DNA from: Promethearchaeota archaeon
GTDB lineage: Archaea; Asgardarchaeota; Lokiarchaeia; Sigyniarchaeales; SOKP01
Length of the DNA: 64,000 nt
Direction: 5' to 3'
NCBI GenBank assembly: GCA_048939995.1
Contig: JBHLOY010000006.1
Location: forward strand, 128,001-192,000
Part shown: positions 28,465 to 39,236 of the stretch, one piece after another
Numbering within the stretch: the stretch's first letter is position 1
Layout: every line of letters starts with the position of its first letter
Notes under the pieces: generated by a model
Database searches by the model: none
Told to the model about the DNA's origin: nothing
The model's input: only the letters and a program-made list of their open reading frames with translations
Program-made: the position numbers and the translations under genes

Positions 28465-29751
28465 ATGACAGAATTTTCTAAAATTTTTGAAGAAAAAGGG
28501 ATAGATTACATTCAATTTCATTTCACGACATTACTTGGAGGATTTAAGCAAGTTGAGTTTCCTGCTAAAATATGGGAGGAGATGAAAGACGGTGCAGGTA
28601 TTGATGGGTCAAGTATAGGGTTTCTAAAAACTGAACAAAGTGACATGCAAATAGTTCCGGACTTAAATACATTTACTGTAATTCCTTGGAACACTAGAAT
28701 TGGAAGATTTATCTGTGATATAACTGATAATAAGGGTAATATTTATCCCATGTGTCCCAGAGGGATATTAAAGAAACAGTTAAATTTAGCTAATTCTTTA
28801 GGATATGAATTTTTAACAAGACCAGAATTAGAATGGTATTTTCTGACTAATGACTTAAAAGTTGCAGACAATGGAACCTACATGGATATGCCTCCCAAAG
28901 ATCATTTACATGAATTAAGACGTCAAATAACTGATGATATGCTCGAAATGGGAATTGGAATCAAAACAATTCATCATGAAGTTGCTTCTGGACAACATGA
29001 AATAGAGTTCTTATCTTATAATGCCTTATATCAAGCAGATAATGTTCAAACTGCAAAATTAATCATAAGGACAGAATCTTCTTATGATGATTTAATTGCT
29101 TCTTTTATCCCAAAACCATTTTCTTCACAAGCAGGAAATGGATTACACATTCATCAATTTCTCACTAAAGAAGGAAGAAACATTTTTGCTGATGAAGAAC
29201 ACGGAATTAGTGATTTGCTTAGATATTATATTGGGGGGATACAAAAACATGTAAATGCTATTACAGCTTTATTAAATCCAACCACCAATTCATATAAAAG
29301 ACTTATTCCTAACCATGAAGCTCCTGTATATAATACGTGGGGAATAGGTAATAGAACAGCGATGATCCGTGTTCCTGGATATGAGAAATCAGCGAGAGTC
29401 GAATATCGTGCTGGAGATGCCTCAATGAATATATATCTTGGCACTGCTCTTTTGCTTGCCTCTGGCCTGGATGGAATTAAAAATAAAACTGAACCAAATA
29501 GCCCAATTAATGAGAACATTGATAATCTTTCTAGTGAAAAACGAGAGTATTTAGGAATTAAACAACTTCCACGGAGTTTAGATCAATCGTTAAGAGCATT
29601 TAAGGTGAGCCATTTACTTAAAGAAGCATTGGGTAAGGATATTATTAAAAGATTCATAGAAATAAAAGAGAAAGAACTTGAAGAATATAATAAAGCAACC
29701 AATGATGGAAATGAAGCTGAGTGGGAACTAGAAAAATATCTTTTTTGTTAG
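28465..29751 (+). CDS. glnA: Glutamine synthetase family (type I)
   Basis: DGSSI, PELEWY, HHEVASGQHEI, PKPF...GNGLHIH, NSYKRL...EAP and NRTAMIRVP. Confidence 0.85.
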   Translation: MTEFSKIFEEKGIDYIQFHFTTLLGGFKQVEFPAKIWEEMKDGAGIDGSSIGFLKTEQSDMQIVPDLNTFTVIPWNTRIGRFICDITDNKGNIYPMCPRGILKKQLNLANSLGYEFLTRPELEWYFLTNDLKVADNGTYMDMPPKDHLHELRRQITDDMLEMGIGIKTIHHEVASGQHEIEFLSYNALYQADNVQTAKLIIRTESSYDDLIASFIPKPFSSQAGNGLHIHQFLTKEGRNIFADEEHGISDLLRYYIGGIQKHVNAITALLNPTTNSYKRLIPNHEAPVYNTWGIGNRTAMIRVPGYEKSARVEYRAGDASMNIYLGTALLLASGLDGIKNKTEPNSPINENIDNLSSEKREYLGIKQLPRSLDQSLRAFKVSHLLKEALGKDIIKRFIEIKEKELEEYNKATNDGNEAEWELEKYLFC

Positions 29752-29757
29752 AAAAAA

Positions 29758-31296
29758 TTATGAATATATTGAATACTTTCTATCTAATTTCTTTTTTAAT
29801 TCAGGGGGGAACTTAAACCTATTATTATATAGTTTATATATAAGATTATCTATTTCTTTTTGTATGGATTTATAATCAAAGCTTAAATTATGCTTTTTAT
29901 TCTGAATTATTTTACTTACTAATAACTCAACTTTTGATTTTGTATTAACATCCGGTATAATGATTGGTAATGCGTGGATCCCAGAAATTTGTATACTACT
30001 GGTATTATTTATGATTCCTTTTGCAAGATAATTGTATAGCGAACTATTTAATAAACCTAGAATATAAAATATAGAAAATGAATCATTCTCGATGATAAAA
30101 CCAATAGCCTTATTTGAATCCCAATAACATCCTTTTGGCATATAGCGCGCTGCCAACTTTGTACTTATTCCACTCACTACAATACCTTCTTGTTCAAAAG
30201 GTATATTATTTGGAATGTCGTAATTCGAAATGGCTGTTTTATCCCACTTAAGAGCCTCCATGATAGGTCGATAGTATTGATCAGACCCTCCACGCTTTAG
30301 ATAAGGTTTCCAATTTCCTGAATTTAGTTCGTCTCTGGAAATAATTTTATATTTGTTATCCAATTCCAAAATCTTTTTATTTCTCTTATTGAAAATATCT
30401 GCTAAATCTGTTCCTTGAATAGCAGCAATAAATCTTTTATTATCATGAGTATGCATTCCTATATAGCCTTTAATAAATTGTTTTAACTTAGGTGATTTTT
30501 TAAACAATTCAATTACTTGATTTTCTATATCAATGAAAAATATATTAAAAGGTAAAATATGATACTTTTTTTGCTTTAAAGCAAAATTCAACGGAGGATT
30601 CCAGTATTCAGATTCGTATCTAAGGCGAGGAACAATATTTATTATGTTTTTCTCTCTATTTACCTTATTATGGTTTCCTGTACATTTAGTCAATATAATT
30701 ATCACAGGATTAGTACTAACACCCTGCTTAGAAAATAAATCCTTTGGGGCTAGTAATATCTCATTTAATTTAGTATTTTCAAGTAAAAACTTTCTAAGTT
30801 TCTTATGAGTAATTAAGGTTAAGAATGTATCACTAGTTATAAATCCTAATTTACCAGCTTCTTTTAATCTCCATATACTATTAACTATAAACATTGAATA
30901 TGTTTCATGGGCATTAACATGACCATAAATTCTTTTCAATTTTGATTTATTCTTTCTCACATAGGAACTTGACTTATTAAGGTAAGGAGGATTCCCAATT
31001 ATAAAATCAAACTCATTTAATGACTTGTCATTGATATTCAGAAGTGTATCACATAATTCAAATTTTATTCCTAATTGTTTAATAGGCTCTTTATAATTGG
31101 GGTTAATATCGTAAGCATATATTTGACTTTCATTTACCCCTACATCTATTAGGGTTTTAATGAAGACTCCTGGACCCACGCATGGATCTAAAATCTTTTG
31201 ATTCGACTCTATCTTACCTAACTTTGATATGATATATTTTGCGGTCTTTTGAGGGGTTACAACAGCCCCTAAATCCTTTTCTTTTAATTCTGACAA
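29758..31296 (-). CDS. DNA N6-adenine methyltransferase (gamma class, TaqI-C-like TRD)
   Basis: ILDPCVGPGVF (motif I), IIGNPPY (motif IV) and C-terminal LGLLNSSL...LPIIIP. Confidence 0.85.
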   Translation of the reverse strand: MSELKEKDLGAVVTPQKTAKYIISKLGKIESNQKILDPCVGPGVFIKTLIDVGVNESQIYAYDINPNYKEPIKQLGIKFELCDTLLNINDKSLNEFDFIIGNPPYLNKSSSYVRKNKSKLKRIYGHVNAHETYSMFIVNSIWRLKEAGKLGFITSDTFLTLITHKKLRKFLLENTKLNEILLAPKDLFSKQGVSTNPVIIILTKCTGNHNKVNREKNIINIVPRLRYESEYWNPPLNFALKQKKYHILPFNIFFIDIENQVIELFKKSPKLKQFIKGYIGMHTHDNKRFIAAIQGTDLADIFNKRNKKILELDNKYKIISRDELNSGNWKPYLKRGGSDQYYRPIMEALKWDKTAISNYDIPNNIPFEQEGIVVSGISTKLAARYMPKGCYWDSNKAIGFIIENDSFSIFYILGLLNSSLYNYLAKGIINNTSSIQISGIHALPIIIPDVNTKSKVELLVSKIIQNKKHNLSFDYKSIQKEIDNLIYKLYNNRFKFPPELKKKLDRKYSIYS

Positions 31297-31400
31297 ATTT
31301 CAATTTAAAATTGTATTACTTTTGCATTCACTAAAGCTTAAATTTTATTAAAATTTATGTCATATTCTCTTAATATAGCGATTTTAAATTCACAATACCC

Positions 31401-33065
31401 TTATTTTAAATACGCGCCATATTTAGCAGAACTTACAATCTTTCTATAGGTATTTAAGAAACCCACTTGTATTTTTGGTGATGGAGATTTCCAGCTTTTT
31501 AGTCTACTTGTAAGTTCCTCATTCGAAATCATTAGATTCAATTTTCGATTTTTTATATCAATTTCGATATAATCTCCCTCGTTAACAATAGCAATCGGGC
31601 CACCTTCAATAGCCTCGGGACAAACATGACCTATACATGGTCCTCTTGTAGCTCCTGAGAAACGACCATCGGTGATCATAGCAACTGAATCAGTAAATCC
31701 CATGCCAACTAACATTGCTGCTGGTAAGGATAACTCTCTCATTCCTGGTGAACCTTTAGGGCCTTCATACCTTATCACTAAAACGTCTCCCTCTTCAATT
31801 TTATCATCCAAAAGAGCTTCTTTTACTTCTTCTTCACTTTCAAACACCTTAGCAGGACCTTTATGATGACACATTCCAGGACTTACAGCACTACGCTTTA
31901 CCACTGCTCCCTGAGGAGCTAAACTTCCTGTTAAGACTGCAATTCCTCCTTCAAGTTCAATTGGATCTTCTGGATTTCTAATAATTTGATAATCTTCATA
32001 TTTAACATTATCAAGATATTCCTTTAAAGTTAATCCTAATAGATTTTTAACTGATAAATTCAAATATTTTGATAATTTTTTCATTAAAACCCTTACTCCA
32101 CCTACTTCATGGAATTCTGAAAGTGTATATTCTGAGGTTGGTTTAAACTTCGCTAATAAAGGAACAGAACTACTTAAATTATCAAAATCACAATGATTTA
32201 AACTTCCTCCAATTTCATGAGATAATGCACACATATGCAAAACCATATTTGTAGAACCACCAACGGATAGCGCTACTTTACAAGCATTATTTATTGTTGA
32301 TTCATTTATTAAATCTAACGCCCGAATCCCTTTTTTTACCAATTGCATGATTGTTTCACCTGTTTCTTGGCATAAAATTTCACGTTCTTTTCCAATTGCG
32401 CTTAATGTGGCACAACCTGGTAAGGAAAGTCCCATAGCCTCAACAATGCATGCCATTGTATTAGCTGTACCCATCATATTACATGCTCCTGGTGAACAAC
32501 AAGTCTGAGATTCTATAAGATAAAATTGTTCTTTATTAAGATCGCCCACTTTAAATTTTCCTATAGCTTCTTTTATATCAGATGTTACAAACATCTTTCC
32601 TTTTAAAGGACCATCATTGAAATATTTTGGTTCCATTATACCCCCAGTTAAAAATATTGTAGATATATTGCATCTAGCGGCAGCCAAAAGCATCCCTGGG
32701 ATAATTTTATCACAAGAACATAACATTACCATACCATCGAATCCATATGCTTTTATTGTACATTCAATTGAAGCTGCAATTATATCTCTCGTAGGCAAAA
32801 CATATTTTGAGAAATTTCCTGAGTTAGCAATTCCATCACATATCGAAATTGTGTTAAATTCCATAGGTGTTCCTCCTTTTTCTTTAATTCCTATTTTCAC
32901 TAGCTCAGCTAGTTTTCGTAAGTGGATGTGACCTGGATTTATTTCACTCCAAGAATTAACAATTGCTATTTTAGGTTTTGTTAAATCTTCGTAAGTATAA
33001 CCACATCCTAAATATAATGCGCGCTCATAAGCTCTACTCGGGTTTAATTCTTCATTAGATTTCAT
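31401..33065 (-). CDS. ilvD: Dihydroxy-acid dehydratase (IlvD/Edd family)
   Basis: [43 protein letters not shown] and TDGRFSGAT. Confidence 0.9.
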   Translation of the reverse strand: MKSNEELNPSRAYERALYLGCGYTYEDLTKPKIAIVNSWSEINPGHIHLRKLAELVKIGIKEKGGTPMEFNTISICDGIANSGNFSKYVLPTRDIIAASIECTIKAYGFDGMVMLCSCDKIIPGMLLAAARCNISTIFLTGGIMEPKYFNDGPLKGKMFVTSDIKEAIGKFKVGDLNKEQFYLIESQTCCSPGACNMMGTANTMACIVEAMGLSLPGCATLSAIGKEREILCQETGETIMQLVKKGIRALDLINESTINNACKVALSVGGSTNMVLHMCALSHEIGGSLNHCDFDNLSSSVPLLAKFKPTSEYTLSEFHEVGGVRVLMKKLSKYLNLSVKNLLGLTLKEYLDNVKYEDYQIIRNPEDPIELEGGIAVLTGSLAPQGAVVKRSAVSPGMCHHKGPAKVFESEEEVKEALLDDKIEEGDVLVIRYEGPKGSPGMRELSLPAAMLVGMGFTDSVAMITDGRFSGATRGPCIGHVCPEAIEGGPIAIVNEGDYIEIDIKNRKLNLMISNEELTSRLKSWKSPSPKIQVGFLNTYRKIVSSAKYGAYLK

Positions 33066-33179
33066 TATAAAATCCCTATTTAAACGCTTTAATTTTAAAA
33101 TTAATTATACATTCAATATATAAATGTAATAAATACAATTATAGATTGATATAAATTTAATCAAATACTTTTGAAAGTC

Positions 33180-34283
33180 ATGCTTAGAGTAGGCTTTATC
33201 GGTACTGGTTTAATTTTTGATTTGAATGTTCTTGGATACCTAAATAATGATGAGGTTAAAATTGTTTCATTGTGTAATAGAACAATTCAAAAGGCAAAAG
33301 ACAAAATAAAACGCTTTAATTTAAATAAAGAAATTTCAATATTTTCTGATTATAAAGAAATGCTAAAGGAGGAAGAGTTAGATATTGTAGAGATACTACT
33401 TCCTCACCATTTGCATGCTCAAGCCACGATCTCAGCCGCAGAGAGCGGTGTTAAAGGCATTTCTGTACAGAAACCAATGGCATTAAATTTGGATGAAGCA
33501 AATTCAATGATTAATATATGTAAAGAATCTGGGTCGTTATTGTCAATCTATGAAAATTTTGTTTTTGCTCCTCATATTATTAAGGCTAAAGAATTATTAG
33601 ACCAAGATTATATTGGAGATCCATCATCAATTCGAATTAAAACTGCCATGGCAGGTAAGGGCGGTTGGATTATCTCAAGAAACACAGAAGACTGGAGAAA
33701 AGATCCAAAAAAAATCGGAGGTTCAAATAGAGGTTCACCAGTTTTATTTGATAATGGATGGCATGATTTCGTATTAGCCTCATGGTTTTTTGATGAAGAA
33801 ATTGATAAAGTATTTGCTTGGACAGGCGATTTTAAAGGTTTAGACGTTCCTGCTTATGTAATGTTTAAATACAAACAAGATAAAGAACACTTGGTTCCTC
33901 AATATGGACATATGGAATTTACATTATTACCAGAAATGCTATTGCCATCGAATTATTACCCAACGGATGAATTTATAGAGATTATAGCAAGTCGAGGAAT
34001 AATGAGAATAAATCAAGGAACTTCAATTGGAAATATCATGACAGAATCAGAAATTTTTGCTCCAATCGTGATAATAAGAGATGGTAATGTTGAAACTTAT
34101 AGGGATTTTAATAACGATTGGAAATTTAGTTTTATTAATGCAACTAACCATTTTATTGAAGCTGTAAAGGGCAATATTGAACCACTTTTATCTGGAGAAT
34201 TTGCAAAAAAGATTTTGAGATTTAACTTAGCTGCTATCAAATCAACTGAATTAGGAAAAGAGATTTCACTTAATGATCTATAA
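33180..34283 (+). CDS. Gfo/Idh/MocA family oxidoreductase
   Basis: VGFIGTG, LPHHLH, SVQKPMA and DNGWH. Confidence 0.88.
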   Translation: MLRVGFIGTGLIFDLNVLGYLNNDEVKIVSLCNRTIQKAKDKIKRFNLNKEISIFSDYKEMLKEEELDIVEILLPHHLHAQATISAAESGVKGISVQKPMALNLDEANSMINICKESGSLLSIYENFVFAPHIIKAKELLDQDYIGDPSSIRIKTAMAGKGGWIISRNTEDWRKDPKKIGGSNRGSPVLFDNGWHDFVLASWFFDEEIDKVFAWTGDFKGLDVPAYVMFKYKQDKEHLVPQYGHMEFTLLPEMLLPSNYYPTDEFIEIIASRGIMRINQGTSIGNIMTESEIFAPIVIIRDGNVETYRDFNNDWKFSFINATNHFIEAVKGNIEPLLSGEFAKKILRFNLAAIKSTELGKEISLNDL

Positions 34284-34313
34284 TCGTTCTAAGCGTTTTG
34301 AGTATGAATTTAA

Positions 34314-35579
34314 TTATTCCTCATATTCATATTTGAATTGTTGATACTTCAAACCGTTTCTTATAGCCTTACGTAAATCTCTCTTTTTCATCCTATTATA
34401 TTTTGCTAAACCACTAGCATCTCGATTTTCAGGTTGTTCTACAATATATTCCCTATTTTGCTCACTTTCTGCATTAATTTCCTCCCAATAAATTGGACGC
34501 TTTTGTTGTTGTGATATGTAGGGCATTTTAGCAAAAATACATAAATTTTTTCCTTCTTCCCCTGTATAAATAGGAGTTCCTCCTTTCTTTAATACGCTAA
34601 TAAAATGTTCAGTGGAATTAATAAATGAATATCTCCAGTCTCTTGGTAAATTATTTCCAAATGATCTCACTTCTCCATTGACATATACTACTATAGGTGG
34701 AAATTGTGGACTTTTAGAAATAAAATTTCCTCCTGAAGTGCACTGATTCAACCACATAATACCTTTAGTTCCCGAAATTTCAATGTATTCATCACAATCA
34801 TAATAATTACTAGGATAATACACATTTTGAGCTAATGTGAATTGCATTGAACCATATTTTGAAGGCTGTTTTGAATTTTTATCAGGATATTTCCAAAATA
34901 TATAACTTGGAATATCCCAAACTCCTGTAAAATAATCTATCCAACTATAAACCTTCTCTACGCGGGATTCTCCCATTAACCAGAGGGCCATTGAAAATTT
35001 ATGTATTCCATCGTCATAAATATAGGGACCACCTCCACAAGTTTCCACTTTAATTCTCCATACGAGTGATGATAATCCCCTTGTATAAATAGTAATCCCA
35101 GGACCACCAGTTGCGATGGTATTTATTCGAAAATTTAAAAGTTCTCCAATAATTCCCCCATTCAGTAACTCTTTTGCTTTTAAAAATAAAGGATAGAATC
35201 GAAAATTCTCATAAAGCTTTAATTTTACCTTATATTTATTACACACTTGGATAATTTTATCACAATCTCTAATAGTATGAGCTAATGGCTTCTGCACAGA
35301 AATCCCCGAAATTCCTGCTTTAGCACAATATTCTACCATTGGAGCATGAAGATTATGTGGGGTTAAAATTTCTACAATATCAAGATTTTCGCAATCTACC
35401 ATCTTTTTATAATCTTCATAAATATTAAGCGTTCTTAATCCCCATCTTTCTACCTTCTCTCTAGCTTTTTTAGTATCACTATCACAAACTGCGACAAGTT
35501 CTGTATCTTGAGAATATAAATATCCTAATACATTAAGATTAGCAATATCTCCACACCCAATTATTCCTACTCTAAGCAT
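34314..35579 (-). CDS. Gfo/Idh/MocA family oxidoreductase (convergent paralog)
   Basis: VGIIGCG, TPHNLH, SVQKPLA and DDGIH; shares PSNYY and DWxxSFIN with its neighbour. Confidence 0.88.
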   Translation of the reverse strand: MLRVGIIGCGDIANLNVLGYLYSQDTELVAVCDSDTKKAREKVERWGLRTLNIYEDYKKMVDCENLDIVEILTPHNLHAPMVEYCAKAGISGISVQKPLAHTIRDCDKIIQVCNKYKVKLKLYENFRFYPLFLKAKELLNGGIIGELLNFRINTIATGGPGITIYTRGLSSLVWRIKVETCGGGPYIYDDGIHKFSMALWLMGESRVEKVYSWIDYFTGVWDIPSYIFWKYPDKNSKQPSKYGSMQFTLAQNVYYPSNYYDCDEYIEISGTKGIMWLNQCTSGGNFISKSPQFPPIVVYVNGEVRSFGNNLPRDWRYSFINSTEHFISVLKKGGTPIYTGEEGKNLCIFAKMPYISQQQKRPIYWEEINAESEQNREYIVEQPENRDASGLAKYNRMKKRDLRKAIRNGLKYQQFKYEYEE

Positions 35580-35644
35580 AATTCGTAGAACTTATATATT
35601 TACTCTATCAAATTCTATTTTAATTATAAATTTTCATAAAATCC

Positions 35645-36871
35645 TTATTTTAAGCAACAATGTTTATATTTTCTACCACTTCCACATGGACAAGGCTCAT
35701 TCCTGCCAATTTTTTTTTCCTTCCTTATTGAAATATTTTTAGTCTCCCTTTTTATTACTTTTTCTGCAATCATCTTAAAATGTGGTAATGAATGACTATA
35801 GAACTTTTTCCAACCTTCACATAACATGCTTAATGCACTATTATTTTGAATTCCAGTGCGAAACTTTTGACAATCCCCATGGCAGAAAAGTAAAAAACTA
35901 CATGAAAAGCAAGAATTATGCCATTTAGCTTTTTGCCTTCCAAATTGACGATATAGAGGAGCATTTAGCAAATCCTCCCATGTCTTATTTAATATATTTC
36001 CAAGAAGAAGATTATCTCTTACAAAGAAATCGCAGGGATAAACACTCCCATCATATTCAATAAGAAAATATTGACAACAAGAATTTCCCATACGACAGAT
36101 ATTGTATCTACCATTTATTAAGAATTCTAGAATAGAATCGAATAATCGAATAGATACTTTATTGATATCTTCTTTAAACCACTCATCAAATATCTCACAT
36201 AGAAAATCCCCCCAATCATAACCAGATATCGAATAAGGCATCAGACTATTATTATCGTCAAACTCCACGCATGGAATATATTGATGATAAAAAAATCCAT
36301 TTTCTCGTAAATAATGATACACCTCTCTTCCTTTTTTGACCGTTAAATTATTAACTAAGGTTAAAATATTGAATTCGACATCATTTTCCACTAATCTTTT
36401 TATTCCACGCATTACTATTGAGTGAGTTGGTTTTTGACTTATACTCTTTCTATAATAGTCATGTAGATCTTCTGGACCATCTAAACTAACTCCTAGTAGA
36501 AATTTATATTCTCCAAAAAATCTCGCGAGTTCCTCTGTTATAAGAGTTCCGTTGGTTTGAAGACCGTTGCTTATAACATTTCCAGGACGTGTGTACTTTA
36601 TTTGGAGTTTAACAACATTTTTGAAAAAATCAAGTCCCATAAGTGTAGGTTCTCCCCCTTGCCAACCAAAAATATAATGATTATTTTGATCAGTTCTCAT
36701 ATAGCTGCCAATTAAATGTTCAAGAACTTCATCAGACATCCTAGGTTTTTGTTCTACAACATTCAAATGATTAATATAAAAGCAATAGTCACATCTTAAA
36801 TTACAATCTGCAGAGGCTGGCTTTATTAATAATGAAAAGGGCATCATACCGTAGCTTTTTAATTTAAGCAA
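35645..36871 (-). CDS. Anaerobic sulfatase maturase-like radical SAM/SPASM protein with C-terminal SEC-C motif
   Basis: CNLRCDYCFY, WQGGEPTL, QTNGTL, YPCDFFV and GRNEPCPCGSGRKYKHCC. Confidence 0.9.
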   Translation of the reverse strand: MLKLKSYGMMPFSLLIKPASADCNLRCDYCFYINHLNVVEQKPRMSDEVLEHLIGSYMRTDQNNHYIFGWQGGEPTLMGLDFFKNVVKLQIKYTRPGNVISNGLQTNGTLITEELARFFGEYKFLLGVSLDGPEDLHDYYRKSISQKPTHSIVMRGIKRLVENDVEFNILTLVNNLTVKKGREVYHYLRENGFFYHQYIPCVEFDDNNSLMPYSISGYDWGDFLCEIFDEWFKEDINKVSIRLFDSILEFLINGRYNICRMGNSCCQYFLIEYDGSVYPCDFFVRDNLLLGNILNKTWEDLLNAPLYRQFGRQKAKWHNSCFSCSFLLFCHGDCQKFRTGIQNNSALSMLCEGWKKFYSHSLPHFKMIAEKVIKRETKNISIRKEKKIGRNEPCPCGSGRKYKHCCLK

Positions 36872-37033
36872 TTTTGTAAAGGCTATTGAGTCTATACTAA
36901 ATAATGATTTATTTAAAAAAAGCCTTCTCTCTCTTTATTACATTTAATACTCAGAATAGTGTCATTTTGTTTTTAAAAAATAAAATTTTTCTTGGCATAA
37001 TCATAATAAAAATTTTAAGTGTAATAGATTTCA

Positions 37034-37777
37034 ATGAATCCCTATTTATTCGATTTAATAATTGTGTTGCTAACGTATCTTTATATATTTGCTACTATCC
37101 TTATACCCGTTCAATTAAAAAAAAGAGACAAAATTTCAAAATTTCAAGCAAGAAAAATTGTGCATTTATTCGCTGGATTGGCTGTATTTTCAAGTCCCTA
37201 TTACACTTGGGTTTGGTGGCCAGTTATTATCGCTGGGACTCTCACAATATTAGTACTATTGAGTTCCAAAAAGTCAAAAGTTAAACAGCTAAAAGAATTG
37301 TATGATTCAATTGGAGAAGAAGCAGAGGAAAAAGTAGGATTTCTCCAAGGACCGTTTCACTATTGTTTATCTCTTACGGGATTGATTACAATCTTTGTAA
37401 TCTTTGCTCCTAATCAATTATATTTTCCAATAGCTGGAATATTACTGATGATTGTTTCTGATACAATCGCATCGATTATTGGAAAGAGATATGGACGAGT
37501 AAAAATAAAAATTCCATGGATAAAGTCAGTAAGAACATTAGAAGGCTCTTTAGCTTTTTTCGGAAGTGGATTTATTCTATGCTTTATTGCATTTACATTA
37601 TTAGGAGTAACTAATCCTATAACTCAAACCCACATTTCAATTGAATTTGCTTTAATAATATCTTTAATTACCAGTATATTAGCTACTGTTGTTGAAATGG
37701 TTTCTCCAAGCACATGGGATGATTTAACTGTGCCAATTTTAACAACATTAATAATATTTTTATTAACTTTCATATAA
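37034..37777 (+). CDS. Polyprenol kinase family membrane protein (dolichol/phytol kinase-like)
   Basis: ARKIVH, DTIASIIGKRYG, RTLEGS and DDLTVP; multi-TM. Confidence 0.8.
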   Translation: MNPYLFDLIIVLLTYLYIFATILIPVQLKKRDKISKFQARKIVHLFAGLAVFSSPYYTWVWWPVIIAGTLTILVLLSSKKSKVKQLKELYDSIGEEAEEKVGFLQGPFHYCLSLTGLITIFVIFAPNQLYFPIAGILLMIVSDTIASIIGKRYGRVKIKIPWIKSVRTLEGSLAFFGSGFILCFIAFTLLGVTNPITQTHISIEFALIISLITSILATVVEMVSPSTWDDLTVPILTTLIIFLLTFI

Positions 37778-37831
37778 ACAATTTTTTTAAATCTTTAGGA
37801 CACATCTAAAATCACATTAAATGATAACATA

Positions 37832-39226
37832 ATGGAAATGATTAAAAATTCTTTTGATGTAATTGTGGTTGGTTCTGGTACAGGTGGAACTACAGCAGCT
37901 CGATTTGCAGCCAAAAATGGATTAGATGTGTGTCTTATTGATAGAAAAGAGAAATATAAAATTGGAGATAAAATATGCGGAGATGCTGTAGGTACTGAGA
38001 TATTTGAGTTTCTGAATATTAATCCGCCTAAAGGAGATGAGTTATCTTGCCATATCAAAGGTGCTAAATTATATTCACCAAACTTAAAAAAATGTATCGA
38101 CCTTATGGATCCAAAACAAGCAGGCTATATAGTAAATAGGCAAGAATTTGGACAAAGACTCCTAAATGAGGCGTTAGATCAAGGGATTGAACAATTTTTA
38201 GATAATACAATGGCTCTAGATTTATTGTACAAGCAGAAATCTGTTTCTGGAGTAAAAGTTAAGTTGAAAAGTGGTGAAAAAAAGGAATTGAAATCTAAAA
38301 TTGTAGTTGATGCTTCTGGGTTTCATTCACCTTTAAGGAAAAAAATAAATAGTGAAATTATTGAAAAGAATATCTCTCAGAGTGATATAATATTATGTTT
38401 TAGAGAAATTGTGAAATTCTCACCTACAGATCTCAAAGTAAACGATCCAGAATATATTTCAATTATCTTAGATCAAGAAAAAGCACCAGGAGGCTATATA
38501 TGGTACTTTCCTAAAAATGAATCTTCAGTCAATATAGGTTTAGGCACCTTTCCTGAATATAAAGGTAAAATAAAACATTATTATCAGAAAAATGTTTTTG
38601 AAGAATTTATAAAAACATCACATTTTGAAATATTGTCCTCTGGTGGAGGCGTTGTACCTGTTAGAAGACCTATTTGGTCATGCGCAGATAATGGAATAAT
38701 GTTTATTGGAGATGCTGCTTCTCAAGTCAATCCATTACATGGTGGAGGAATAGATCCATCAATGAGAGGTGGCTTTTTTGCCTCACAAACTGCTCTAAAA
38801 GCTATTGAAAAAGGCGATCTTTCAATTAAAACTTTATGGGAATACAATTCTAAAGTCATGACGAGCTTTGGAGCTGAATTTGCTGCTTTAGATTTACTTA
38901 GAATGACTTTACAAGTGCTTACAAACACTGAATTAAATTTTGGGTTAGAAAAGGATTTATTAACTGGAGAAGAAATATTAGAAATCTCATCAACAGGAGG
39001 ATTGAACTTAAATCTCCTAAGCATGGTCAATAAAGCAATTAAAGGATTTACTCAACCTAATCTATTATTAGATTTAAATTATTTAAGAATTAGAATGAAA
39101 GAAATCTCAACTTTATATAAAAAATTTCCAATAAGTATAAATGATTTTGAAGTATGGAAAAGTAAAGTAATTCAGGTTTATGATAAAATTAGAAAAATGT
39201 TAATAAATACTAAAAAAGTAAATTAA
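37832..39226 (+). CDS. Digeranylgeranylglycerophospholipid reductase (geranylgeranyl reductase)
   Basis: VVGSGTGG, KICGDAV, PGGYIWYFPK and GDAASQVNPLHGGG. Confidence 0.9.
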   Translation: MEMIKNSFDVIVVGSGTGGTTAARFAAKNGLDVCLIDRKEKYKIGDKICGDAVGTEIFEFLNINPPKGDELSCHIKGAKLYSPNLKKCIDLMDPKQAGYIVNRQEFGQRLLNEALDQGIEQFLDNTMALDLLYKQKSVSGVKVKLKSGEKKELKSKIVVDASGFHSPLRKKINSEIIEKNISQSDIILCFREIVKFSPTDLKVNDPEYISIILDQEKAPGGYIWYFPKNESSVNIGLGTFPEYKGKIKHYYQKNVFEEFIKTSHFEILSSGGGVVPVRRPIWSCADNGIMFIGDAASQVNPLHGGGIDPSMRGGFFASQTALKAIEKGDLSIKTLWEYNSKVMTSFGAEFAALDLLRMTLQVLTNTELNFGLEKDLLTGEEILEISSTGGLNLNLLSMVNKAIKGFTQPNLLLDLNYLRIRMKEISTLYKKFPISINDFEVWKSKVIQVYDKIRKMLINTKKVN

Positions 39227-39236
39227 TTATTAATAA

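Noticed and set aside
36904-37284. 126-aa ORF overlapping the prenol kinase gene, and the many short antisense ORFs in the track (e.g. 505..753, 7087..7422, 17814..18185, 44183..44602)
   Set aside because: They are shadow frames of well-supported genes and carry no recognisable motifs.
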